Source of the DNA: a virus
DNA: 64,000 nucleotides
IMG/VR virus record: IMGVR_UViG_3300046694_000299
Location: 1-64,000 of that record
Direction: 5' to 3' (one strand)
Shown here: piece by piece, positions 42,341 to 50,546 of the stretch
How the letters are laid out: each line of letters begins with the position of its first letter
Position numbering within the stretch: the first letter of the stretch is position 1
Notes under the pieces: generated by a model
What the model saw: the letters and a program-made list of their open reading frames with translations, nothing else
What the model was told of the DNA's origin: nothing
The model's database searches: none
Made by a program: the position numbers and the translations under genes

Positions 42341-42448
42341 ATGACCGCTATCACCGCAGCGCTGTCCCTGCTGTTCGCCTTCGTCGTATTGGCGCAGCCG
42401 GTCGAGATGCACATCGACTACACGCCCGCCGTCCGGAGTTCGCGATGA
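42341..42448 (+). CDS. 35-aa hydrophobic micro-protein
   Basis: MTAITAALSLLFAFVVLAQPVEMHIDYTPAVRSSR. AGGAG RBS. ATGA overlap. Confidence 0.35.
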   Translation: MTAITAALSLLFAFVVLAQPVEMHIDYTPAVRSSR

Positions 42449-42771
42449 CCGCCCCGTGCCCGCGCCCGGAGTGCGGCGGCGAAGTCCACACCGACGGCTG
42501 GGGCACGCCGATCCAGTGCCCGCACGAGGCGTCAGCGCTGACCATCTCCGATCCGGGGCAGACGTTCCAACTCGTCGAGCCGCCCCGGACCATCGCCATC
42601 CTCGGCGAGGATGGCCGGACGCCGCTGGTCACGATCCATTCGTCCGGCGAGCTGGAGTACGGGCCCGGTTACACGCCCGACGAGGCCGCACGCCGCTTCT
42701 GGGACGCCATGCGCCGCATCATGCCCGCGCGCTGCCCAGCCTGCGGCCACATCGGACTGGAGACGCCGTGA
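42445..42771 (+). CDS. Cys-containing hypothetical protein
   Basis: MTAPCPRPECGGEVH...RCPACGH. Confidence 0.5.
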   Translation: MTAPCPRPECGGEVHTDGWGTPIQCPHEASALTISDPGQTFQLVEPPRTIAILGEDGRTPLVTIHSSGELEYGPGYTPDEAARRFWDAMRRIMPARCPACGHIGLETP

Positions 42772-43235
42772 TCTCCAACCTCGTTCTGTCCATCCTTTTC
42801 GTCCTGGTGACCATCGCGGGTATCGCGAACAGCATCGCCGCCAGCCGTTACGCCCGAGAGGCCAAGGCCGCCGCAGAAAGATCGGCCGCCGCCGCGCGCC
42901 GCGCCGAGGCTGCCCGCTCCCGGGGCGACGCTGCGCGCGAAGTTGCAGCGAAACTCGGCGAGGAACAGCAGCAGTCGGAGCCGGGGCATCTCACCTACGA
43001 GCAGCTCCTACCTCTCGCCGCTGCCATCCGGCGACGCGAGACCACCGGGCACGGCTTCCTCCTGCCGCCATGGCCATCCTGCCTCACCTGCGGGCAGACG
43101 CCGACCGACCTCCTCGTCCGCAACGATCACCCGGCGCACTTCCTCGAAGACCGCATCGCGTTCGGCTTCCGGCCCTGCGGCCACAACTTCACCGCCGACG
43201 CCCGCGACCTGTACCGCGCAACGGAGCAGCCGTGA
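42768..43235 (+). CDS. N-terminally anchored membrane protein (GTG start)
   Basis: VISNLVLSILFVLVTIAGIANSIAA... Confidence 0.5.
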   Translation: MISNLVLSILFVLVTIAGIANSIAASRYAREAKAAAERSAAAARRAEAARSRGDAAREVAAKLGEEQQQSEPGHLTYEQLLPLAAAIRRRETTGHGFLLPPWPSCLTCGQTPTDLLVRNDHPAHFLEDRIAFGFRPCGHNFTADARDLYRATEQP

Positions 43236-43516
43236 ACACTGCCATCGCCATCACCGCGATCATCGCCGCCGTCGTCCTCGCGAACTCCATCGTGATCGCC
43301 GTCCGCGACGTCGCGAAGGCCAAGCACCAGGCGGCGGACGGTCCAGCCGAGGTGGCCATCGCTCGCGTTCGCGCAGTATGCGACCAGTTGCACCGCGCGT
43401 CCGTCCTCGCTGACGGACAGCCGCACACCGACCGCGAACGCGGCGTCATTCAGGCAGTCAGCCGCGTCGTCGCGGCCCTCGACGGCGACACCAACAGCAA
43501 GGAGAGCAACGGATGA
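43232..43516 (+). CDS. N-terminally anchored membrane protein (GTG start)
   Basis: VNTAIAITAIIAAVVLANSIVIAV... Confidence 0.5.
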   Translation: MNTAIAITAIIAAVVLANSIVIAVRDVAKAKHQAADGPAEVAIARVRAVCDQLHRASVLADGQPHTDRERGVIQAVSRVVAALDGDTNSKESNG

Positions 43517-44466
43517 GCGTCTACGGAGTCAGCGGAGGGCAGGGCTTCATCGGCTCCTACGTGCGCAGGGAGCTCCTCGCGCGCGGCCACGAGGTCGTCG
43601 TCTTCGACCGCCACCCCCACACCGAGATGGCGTCCGGCGAGACCTTCTTCCTCGGCGACATCCGCGACGAGACGTCCGTGGTGGAACTCGCCGCGCACGT
43701 CGAGGGGATCATCCACCTTGCCGCCGTGCTGGGCACGCAGGAGACGATCGGAAACCCGAGGCCGTCCGCCGACACCAACATCCGGGGCAGCCTCAACGTG
43801 TTCGAGGCGGCCAACCAGTACGGGCTCCCCGCCGTCTACGCGGGCGTAGGGAACGCGTTTATGCGCGACCTCGGCACCGGCTCGTACACGATCAGCAAGA
43901 CGTGCGCCGAGGACTACGCGCGGATGTTCAACGCCTACCGGGGCGGCAAGGTCACCATCGTCCGCCCCGTCAACGCCTACGGGCCTGGTCAGTCGATCGC
44001 AGCCCCCTACGGAACGAGCCGAGTGAGGAAGATCCTCCCGGCCCTGACCTGCCGTGCCCTCACCGGCGCCCCCATCGAGGTGTACGGGGACGGCACCCAG
44101 ATCTCCGACTGCGTGTACGTCGCCGACGTCGCCCGCGCGTTCGTCACCGCGCTCGAGCACACCGCCGTCAACGGGCCCACGGAGAAGCCGGTGGAGGTCG
44201 GGCCGCTGGAGTCCCTCACCGTCAACGACATCGCGCGCCTCGTCGCCGAGGAAGCCACCCGGTACACGGGCCGCGAGCCTGTCGCGATCAAGCACCTGCC
44301 GATGCGGCCGGGCGAGGTGCCGAACGCGGTCGTGTCGTCCGACACCAGCACGCTCCAGCAGATCGGCATGACCGCCAAGGACTTCGTGCCCCTCGATGAG
44401 GGCATCCACCACACCGTCCGCTACTACGCCGAGCAGTGGCTGCCCGGATATCTGGCGGCGGCATGA
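43513..44466 (+). CDS. NAD-dependent sugar epimerase/dehydratase (extended SDR)
   Basis: GGQGFIGSY and the catalytic SYTISK (YxxxK). Confidence 0.8.
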   Translation: MSVYGVSGGQGFIGSYVRRELLARGHEVVVFDRHPHTEMASGETFFLGDIRDETSVVELAAHVEGIIHLAAVLGTQETIGNPRPSADTNIRGSLNVFEAANQYGLPAVYAGVGNAFMRDLGTGSYTISKTCAEDYARMFNAYRGGKVTIVRPVNAYGPGQSIAAPYGTSRVRKILPALTCRALTGAPIEVYGDGTQISDCVYVADVARAFVTALEHTAVNGPTEKPVEVGPLESLTVNDIARLVAEEATRYTGREPVAIKHLPMRPGEVPNAVVSSDTSTLQQIGMTAKDFVPLDEGIHHTVRYYAEQWLPGYLAAA

Positions 44467-44963
44467 GGCGACTCGACGTCGACGGGCACACGATCCTCAT
44501 CGACAGCGAAGATGTACCGCTCATCAGCGGCTTTCATTGGCGAGTCGTCGCGACCAATCCAACTTGCCCCGACAACCTGTACGCCGTGACTTGCCGAAGG
44601 CGGCTGTACGTCTACATGCATCGCCTCATAGCTGGGGCGGGCCCCAGCGAAGAAGTTGACCACGCCAACGGCAACGGCCTCGACAACCGCAAGAACAACC
44701 TTCGCATCGCTACGGATTCTCAGAACCAAGCGAACAAGGGAAAGATCAGAGTCAAAGGAAAGCGAGGCACCTCCCAGTACAAGGGCGTGTTCTGGGATAA
44801 AGCAAGGAGCGCTTGGGCGACGTCGATCACCGTCAACAAGCGCACGCGCCACCTCGGCCGATTCAGCACGGAAGAGGAGGCCGCTCGCGCCTATGATCGC
44901 GCCGCTATCGCAGCCTGGGGCGAGTTCGCGCGGCTGAACTTCGAAGAAGGAGTCGCCGCGTGA
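44463..44963 (+). CDS. HNH endonuclease with an AP2 DNA-binding domain
   Basis: VDHANGNGLDNRKNNLR, then YKGVFWDK...WATSITVNKRTRHLGRFSTEEEAARAYD. GC is locally lower. Confidence 0.75.
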   Translation: MRRLDVDGHTILIDSEDVPLISGFHWRVVATNPTCPDNLYAVTCRRRLYVYMHRLIAGAGPSEEVDHANGNGLDNRKNNLRIATDSQNQANKGKIRVKGKRGTSQYKGVFWDKARSAWATSITVNKRTRHLGRFSTEEEAARAYDRAAIAAWGEFARLNFEEGVAA

Positions 44964-45970
44964 GGGTGCACTTCTGGTCGGCTGACGAGGCGGGGTCATC
45001 ACTTTATAGAGCGATCCTGCCCGGTATGAGCCTGCAATGGCTTGGGCACGCCGTGTCCGCCGGGATGCGGCTCCCGAAGGACTGGCCCGCCCTGGATGTG
45101 GTCGTCGGCTGCCGGGTTGCCAAGCCTGAGCCGACCATGATGTGGCAGCGATTGAAGGACGAGGGGAAACGCCTCGTCCTCGACCTCGACGACGACTACT
45201 TCCACCTCGACCCCGTCAACCTGGCCGCCGTCCGCACCTGGGACAAGGCGATGCTGCAACGCCTCGCCGACAACATGGCGCTCGCCGACCTCGTCACCTG
45301 CTGCTCCGAGCCCCTCGCCGCCGTGCTGCGGGACTACGCGGCCGACGTCCGGGTCGTCCCCAACGGCCTGCCGGCGCAGTACCTGGGCACGCCCCGCGAC
45401 TACGAGGCGAAGGACCGTCCACTGTCCGTCGGCTGGGCCGGCACGTCGTCCACGGTCGCCGAGCTGCCCGAGGCCGTCCGTGCCCTGAACCGGATCTCGC
45501 AGTACCCGCGATCCGGCGGCGTCCAGGTCCGGATCGTCGGCATCGCTCCCGAGCACGCCATGGCGCTCGGTCTCCGCGGCCGGCAGATCGGGGCTTTGGG
45601 TTGGGTGGAGCGGCACGAGCACTACATGCAGGCGGTCGGCGAGTGGGACGTGTGGGTGGCGCCGTACCGGGACATCCCGTTCAACCGGGCGAAGTATCCG
45701 ACGAAGTGGCTGGAGTCATCGATGCTCGGCATCCCGCTGATCGCATCGGACATCGAGCCGTACCGCCGGGTGATCCGGCATGGGGAGAACGGGTTCCTCG
45801 TCAAGCACGAGCACCAGTGGGGGAAGTACCTCAAGCTCCTCGTCGATAATCCCGGGCTGCGGCAGCAGATCGGGATGACGGCCCGAGGCGAGGCGTCTGG
45901 GTCGATCCTCCAGGCCATCAACGTTCAGTGGCAGGACGCGCTTACGGCCCCGGCGGGGGTGGCGGCATGA
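44960..45970 (+). CDS. GT-B fold glycosyltransferase (GT1/GT4-like; GTG start)
   Basis: C-terminus KWLESSMLGIPLIASDIEPYRRVIRHGENGFLV. Confidence 0.7.
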   Translation: MRVHFWSADEAGSSLYRAILPGMSLQWLGHAVSAGMRLPKDWPALDVVVGCRVAKPEPTMMWQRLKDEGKRLVLDLDDDYFHLDPVNLAAVRTWDKAMLQRLADNMALADLVTCCSEPLAAVLRDYAADVRVVPNGLPAQYLGTPRDYEAKDRPLSVGWAGTSSTVAELPEAVRALNRISQYPRSGGVQVRIVGIAPEHAMALGLRGRQIGALGWVERHEHYMQAVGEWDVWVAPYRDIPFNRAKYPTKWLESSMLGIPLIASDIEPYRRVIRHGENGFLVKHEHQWGKYLKLLVDNPGLRQQIGMTARGEASGSILQAINVQWQDALTAPAGVAA

Positions 45971-46830
45971 GGGTCCTTGTCACCGGCTCGGAAGGCTTCA
46001 TCGGACGCCATGCCGCCCGCCGTCTGCATGAACGCGGTCACCACGTCACCGCCGTGGACAAGCGCAACCAGCTGTCCACCGCCGATCTGCCCACCTTGCA
46101 ACGGATCGTCGATGCCACGGAACCCGAGGTCATCGTTCACCTCGGCGCATCCTGCTCCACGAGCGTCAGCCTCCGCGACCCCGCCTCCGACTTCACCGAC
46201 AACGCGGTCGGTACCTTCAATGTCGCGGAGGCCGCGCGCCGAGCTGGCGGTATCCCGGTGCTGTTCACGTCCAGCGTGAAGGTGCACCCCGGCGCCGACG
46301 GGCTCATCGCCCCGCTCGGGCAGTCCAAGCTGGTCGGCGAGCAGTACCTGCGCCTGTACGGCGACCTGTACGGGCTGCCGCACGTCATCCTCCGCCCGTC
46401 CACCGTGTACGGCCCAGGCCAGGATGGGACGGCCGAAGCGGGCTGGGTGACGTGGTTCCTGCGCGCCTTCTGGGGGCGAAAGCAGATCACCGTCCACGGC
46501 GACGGCACCCAGAGCAGGGACGTCCTCTATATCGAGGACTTCGCGCGCCTCCTCGTCGACATCGTGGAGAATTTCGACGCCTACCAAGGTCGCACCTACG
46601 ACGTCGGAGGCGGCTCCGACAACGAACTCAGCCTCCTCGATCTCCTCCGCGCCTGGGAGACAAACGCCGGCGTCCGTCCCGACGTCGTCCGTGACGAGCG
46701 CCTCCCCGGCGACTTGCAGCGCGTCGTCACCGACAACGAGGCCATCAGCGGCGTGCGCGGCTGGAAGCCCACCACGTCCTGGATCGACGGCGTCCGGTCC
46801 ACCCTCGATTGGATCGGAGAGCAGTGGTGA
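45967..46830 (+). CDS. SDR epimerase/dehydratase-like protein lacking the catalytic Tyr
   Basis: VTGSEGFIGRH, but PLGQSK at the position where PYxxSK is expected. Confidence 0.7.
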   Translation: MRVLVTGSEGFIGRHAARRLHERGHHVTAVDKRNQLSTADLPTLQRIVDATEPEVIVHLGASCSTSVSLRDPASDFTDNAVGTFNVAEAARRAGGIPVLFTSSVKVHPGADGLIAPLGQSKLVGEQYLRLYGDLYGLPHVILRPSTVYGPGQDGTAEAGWVTWFLRAFWGRKQITVHGDGTQSRDVLYIEDFARLLVDIVENFDAYQGRTYDVGGGSDNELSLLDLLRAWETNAGVRPDVVRDERLPGDLQRVVTDNEAISGVRGWKPTTSWIDGVRSTLDWIGEQW

Positions 46831-47582
46831 AGGTCGGCGTCATCATCCCCGTGCGGAATGCGCGGCCGTGGATTGAGGAGATGCTCGCCTCGGTTCAGGC
46901 TCAGACGCACCCGGCGCACGCCTATCTGGCCGAGGACTGGTCGGACGACGGTACCCACGAGTTTCTCCTCGACCGGCCCGAGCTGTGGCGCGGTCTCGAG
47001 CGCAACCCGGTGCGGTCGGGGTGGGCTGGCGGCCTCAACGCCGCGGCAAGTCTGGCGTTTGCCGACGGCTGCGACGCCGTGTTCACGGCCTCCGCGGACG
47101 ACCGTATGCATCCCGACTGCATTGCCCGCTGCGTCGCAGTCTTGGAGGCGGGCGGTCTGGACTTCGTCGTCCCCTATGCGCAGCAGTTCGGCGGGGCGGC
47201 CGCGGTGCAGGCGTCGTTGCCGGATGCGACGCTCGAGGACTTTGCGGTGTGGCCGCCGCTGATCGACAAGGGTCTGTTCCCGCGGAAGACGTGGGAGACG
47301 GTGGGCGGGTACTCCCTTGAGGCTTCCCTGCCCAGGAGCTACGGCTGTGCGGAGGACTGGGAGTTCTGGATCCGCGTCTGGAAGGTCGGACTCGGCCGGT
47401 ACGCGGTGCTCGAGCAACCCCTGTATTTCGTGCGCGTCCACCCCGGCCAGCTGTCCAACACGCGCGGCGACGCCCATGCGGCCACGGTCGCCCTGTTCCG
47501 CCGGCTGCACCCCGACCTGCCATGGACCGCCGAGTCCGGCGTCTGGCCGCCACGACACCGCACGACGAGGAGAACCGCATGA
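46827..47582 (+). CDS. GT2-family (GT-A) glycosyltransferase (GTG start)
   Basis: VGVIIPVRNARPWIEEMLASV and FTASADDRMHPD. Confidence 0.75.
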   Translation: MKVGVIIPVRNARPWIEEMLASVQAQTHPAHAYLAEDWSDDGTHEFLLDRPELWRGLERNPVRSGWAGGLNAAASLAFADGCDAVFTASADDRMHPDCIARCVAVLEAGGLDFVVPYAQQFGGAAAVQASLPDATLEDFAVWPPLIDKGLFPRKTWETVGGYSLEASLPRSYGCAEDWEFWIRVWKVGLGRYAVLEQPLYFVRVHPGQLSNTRGDAHAATVALFRRLHPDLPWTAESGVWPPRHRTTRRTA

Positions 47583-48442
47583 TCGACGGCAAGCGCGTCA
47601 TTGCCTGGTCGCCCTACGGTCGGCGCCGCACCTACAGCATCCTGATCAAGTACCTGCAGCGGGACGTCGCCCGGGGCCTGGTCGATGAGGTGTGGGCGTT
47701 CATGAACACCGACCCGACCGGCCAGGAAGACGACATCGCCTACGCCCACGAACTCGCCGAGGCGTTCCCCTGGTTCAAGCTCAAGCACCGACCCGAGGGC
47801 GTCGACCTGGGCCCGCTGCCAAAACAGAGGTATACGGGCTTGGCCTATCGGGAGATGACGGACCCCGACACCATCTACCTGCGGCTCGATGATGACGTGG
47901 TCTACATCCACGAGGATGCGATTGAGAACCTTGTGCGCGCCCGCATAGATATGCCTGCGCCGACCGCCGTGTTCCCGATCATCATCAACAACGCGATCTG
48001 CTCCCACTTCCTGCAGCTGTGCGGGAAGGTCCCGATGGAGTGGGGAGCCGTCAACGCGTACTGCATGGACCCGGTCGGCTGGGCCAACGGGCCGTTCGCC
48101 GTCAAGCTCCACGAGATGCTGCTCGAGAAGATCGAGCAGGGCGACGTCGAGTCGCTCTACCTCTACCAGGACTTCCCGCTCCAGCCCGGCACCCAGTTCT
48201 CGGTGTCCTGCTTCGCCTCCCGCGGCGAGGACTATGCCGCGCTCCCCCAGCCCGGCGTCCTCGTCCCCGATGAGGAGGAGAGCTGGCACACGATCCACCA
48301 GCCGGTAGCCAAGGGCGTTCCCAACATCCTCCGCGGCAACGCCCTGGTCAGCCACTGGTCGTTCTTCCCTCAGCATCCGTTCCTCAACGCGACCGATCTC
48401 CTCGACCGGTACCGCGAACTCGCAGACAAGGTGGTGGCCTGA
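47579..48442 (+). CDS. Unknown protein with a DxD-like motif (possible third glycosyltransferase)
   Basis: IYLRLDDDVVYIHEDAIENL. Coupled within the sugar operon. Confidence 0.5.
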   Translation: MIDGKRVIAWSPYGRRRTYSILIKYLQRDVARGLVDEVWAFMNTDPTGQEDDIAYAHELAEAFPWFKLKHRPEGVDLGPLPKQRYTGLAYREMTDPDTIYLRLDDDVVYIHEDAIENLVRARIDMPAPTAVFPIIINNAICSHFLQLCGKVPMEWGAVNAYCMDPVGWANGPFAVKLHEMLLEKIEQGDVESLYLYQDFPLQPGTQFSVSCFASRGEDYAALPQPGVLVPDEEESWHTIHQPVAKGVPNILRGNALVSHWSFFPQHPFLNATDLLDRYRELADKVVA

Positions 48443-48672
48443 TGGGCACGCAGATCAGCGTCGAGGACGCCTTCCCCGTCTACCAGAAGCGGTGTGGTGA
48501 ACTCTTCGACGAGAATCTCCTCCTGCGTGCGCAGGTCGGGGCGCTGGAGCGGCAGCTCACGGCCGCGCGGGAGGAGGCCGAGCGCCTCCAGCAGGAGGCC
48601 TGCGAGCCTGCGCCCGTGGCCGGCGGCCCGGATCTGGCCGCGCAGCCGCCGTACCCGGAGGATGAGCGCTAG
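48442..48672 (+). CDS. Small coiled-coil protein
   Basis: 76-aa ORF. ATGA-type overlap. Confidence 0.45.
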   Translation: MGTQISVEDAFPVYQKRCGELFDENLLLRAQVGALERQLTAAREEAERLQQEACEPAPVAGGPDLAAQPPYPEDER

Positions 48673-48749
48673 GGTCGCCGCCAGCCGAGGAGCGCCCCGA
48701 TGGCGATGATGCCGACCTCGATGAGCAGGATGACCTCGAACGTTGTCAT
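48669..48749 (-). CDS. 26-aa single-TM micro-protein
   Basis: MTTFEVILLIEVGIIAIGALLGWRRP. GAGGAAG RBS. Confidence 0.25.
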   Translation of the reverse strand: MTTFEVILLIEVGIIAIGALLGWRRP

Positions 48750-48775
48750 GTGACTTCCTCTCTAGATGCCGCTGT

Positions 48776-49006
48776 TCACTGCTGGACGAGTTCGGTCTCG
48801 GCTTCGGTGTACCGGTGTACGTTCACCGAGTCCACGCCGTTGCGGGCTCGGAAGAAAGCGGCGAGGTCGTCGACCAGGCCGTAGGTTTCCATGACGTCCT
48901 GCGCCGAGCCGCCTTCGAGGTCGGAAGCGTCGCCACTGGGGGTGACGTCCAGCGAGTATCCGTATGAGCCCTTGACGATGTTGAACAGGTAGCGGGGGTA
49001 GGCCAT
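48776..49006 (-). CDS. Hypothetical virion-module protein
   Basis: 76-aa ORF. Confidence 0.5.
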   Translation of the reverse strand: MAYPRYLFNIVKGSYGYSLDVTPSGDASDLEGGSAQDVMETYGLVDDLAAFFRARNGVDSVNVHRYTEAETELVQQ

Positions 49007-49027
49007 GAGTGCTGTGCCCTTTCGGGA

Positions 49028-49966
49028 TTAGGCGACGCGTTCGGCGGTGAAGCCCCGGCACGTCAGAGTGTTGGATGCCGATGCGGTGCCCCATGTGGCG
49101 GTGATGACGAAGTCCTGCGCGACGGTGGTGTCGACCGTCACCGCGGAGGTGCCGTCCAGGATCATGCCGGGCGCCACGAATGGGGGTCCGGCGGCGAGGG
49201 TTATCGATTCGATGGTGACCTGGCTGGCGAACCACGTTCCGGCCGCGCCGGTGGTCAGGCATGTCAGGTCGGCGGTGACCTGCCAGGCGCGGTTGGTAAC
49301 GCCGGATGAGGCGGTTCGGCCGGTGCTGGATCCCAGGGCGGTTCCGGCTACCCCGCCGAGGCGGGACCTCAGTGTCAGCGTGGGGGTGCCGGTCACGGAG
49401 GCGATTCCCCACGCTTTGATGCGGTAGACCGCTCCGACGACTGCGTCCGCGGCTGGGATCGTCATCGTTGCGATCGTTGTCTCGGTCAGGGTGTTTGCGA
49501 CGGTCGTGGATGCGGCGAGTCGGTTGCGGTAGGTGGTGGTGCCGTTGACAAGCTTCAGGTCGCCGCCGACTGTGACGTTGCCGACTGTGACGAAGGCGTC
49601 GTCGGTCTTTAGGACGTTGGCGGCGGACCGGTAGAGGTTGGTGTCGGCGCCGATGAGGAGCTGAGAACCGCTGGCGAGTTTCAGGTTGGAGCCGAACGTG
49701 CTGCTGGAGTTGGGGATCTCGACCCAGGATGCGGACGCGGGCGCGGTGCCGTTGGAGAAGTAGGTCGAGTACGCCGTGTCGGACTGCGTGATGGGCTTGC
49801 CGGGGTAGGGCGTCGCCGGGCGGGTGCTCGACGTGACGACCTGGTAGCCGACGGCCGTGTCGACCTTGTCCCAGTTCTGGCCGAGGTCTTGCGTGTAGTT
49901 GACCAGCTCGGACCCGTCCGACTTGGACTTGTACAGGGCCAGCCTGGTGGTGGACGGATCAGGCAC
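49028..49966 (-). CDS. Tail fibre / receptor-binding protein (GTG start)
   Basis: VPDPSTTRLALYKSKSDGSELVNYTQDLGQNWDKVD is a typical fibre N-terminus. The C-terminus is Ser/Thr/Gly-rich and beta-rich. Confidence 0.6.
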   Translation of the reverse strand: MPDPSTTRLALYKSKSDGSELVNYTQDLGQNWDKVDTAVGYQVVTSSTRPATPYPGKPITQSDTAYSTYFSNGTAPASASWVEIPNSSSTFGSNLKLASGSQLLIGADTNLYRSAANVLKTDDAFVTVGNVTVGGDLKLVNGTTTYRNRLAASTTVANTLTETTIATMTIPAADAVVGAVYRIKAWGIASVTGTPTLTLRSRLGGVAGTALGSSTGRTASSGVTNRAWQVTADLTCLTTGAAGTWFASQVTIESITLAAGPPFVAPGMILDGTSAVTVDTTVAQDFVITATWGTASASNTLTCRGFTAERVA

Positions 49967-50537
49967 GGGGGGCGCTCCCTTCGGCGCGGGACAGTTCACG
50001 GGCTTCGGCGTCGGTGAGTTTGCCGCGTAGTGCCCGCCGATGCAGGTCGACCTCGCGCGCTCTGGAGGCGAGCCCGGCCTTGGTGATGGCGTGTTCGGCG
50101 CGGATCTGGTCGAGGGGGTCGGGCCCCTTCGCCGGTGGCCTGACGCGCCCCTTGGTTTTCTTGGCGTGCTCGACCCGCGCGAGGTGCGCGTCCCGCGCGT
50201 GCTTGATCGTCGGCGCGTTGAACAGGTCGGTGGGCACCATCTGCCCTTTTCGGGCCATCCCATTGGAGACGAGCGCGGGCGAGAGCATGCCCTGCGCGGC
50301 TGCCGGGTCTTCGATCTCCCCGCCTGGCGAGTGGACGAACTGCTCGTGCAGCACGATGTCGAGCAGCGTCTCTACGTCGGCGGGGTCGAAGCCGTACTCT
50401 GCGGCCCGCTGCTCCAGCGTGAACTTAGGGAACACGTAGGCGTGTTTCGAGCCGTCGGGGCGGGTCATGACGACGGCCCAGCACTCGATGTGGGGGTTGG
50501 GGAAGTAGGTGTCCACTGATTCGACGATGAAGTCCAC
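49959..50537 (-). CDS. Hypothetical protein
   Basis: 192-aa ORF. Confidence 0.5.
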   Translation of the reverse strand: MDFIVESVDTYFPNPHIECWAVVMTRPDGSKHAYVFPKFTLEQRAAEYGFDPADVETLLDIVLHEQFVHSPGGEIEDPAAAQGMLSPALVSNGMARKGQMVPTDLFNAPTIKHARDAHLARVEHAKKTKGRVRPPAKGPDPLDQIRAEHAITKAGLASRAREVDLHRRALRGKLTDAEARELSRAEGSAPRA

Positions 50538-50546
50538 AGCTGCCTT

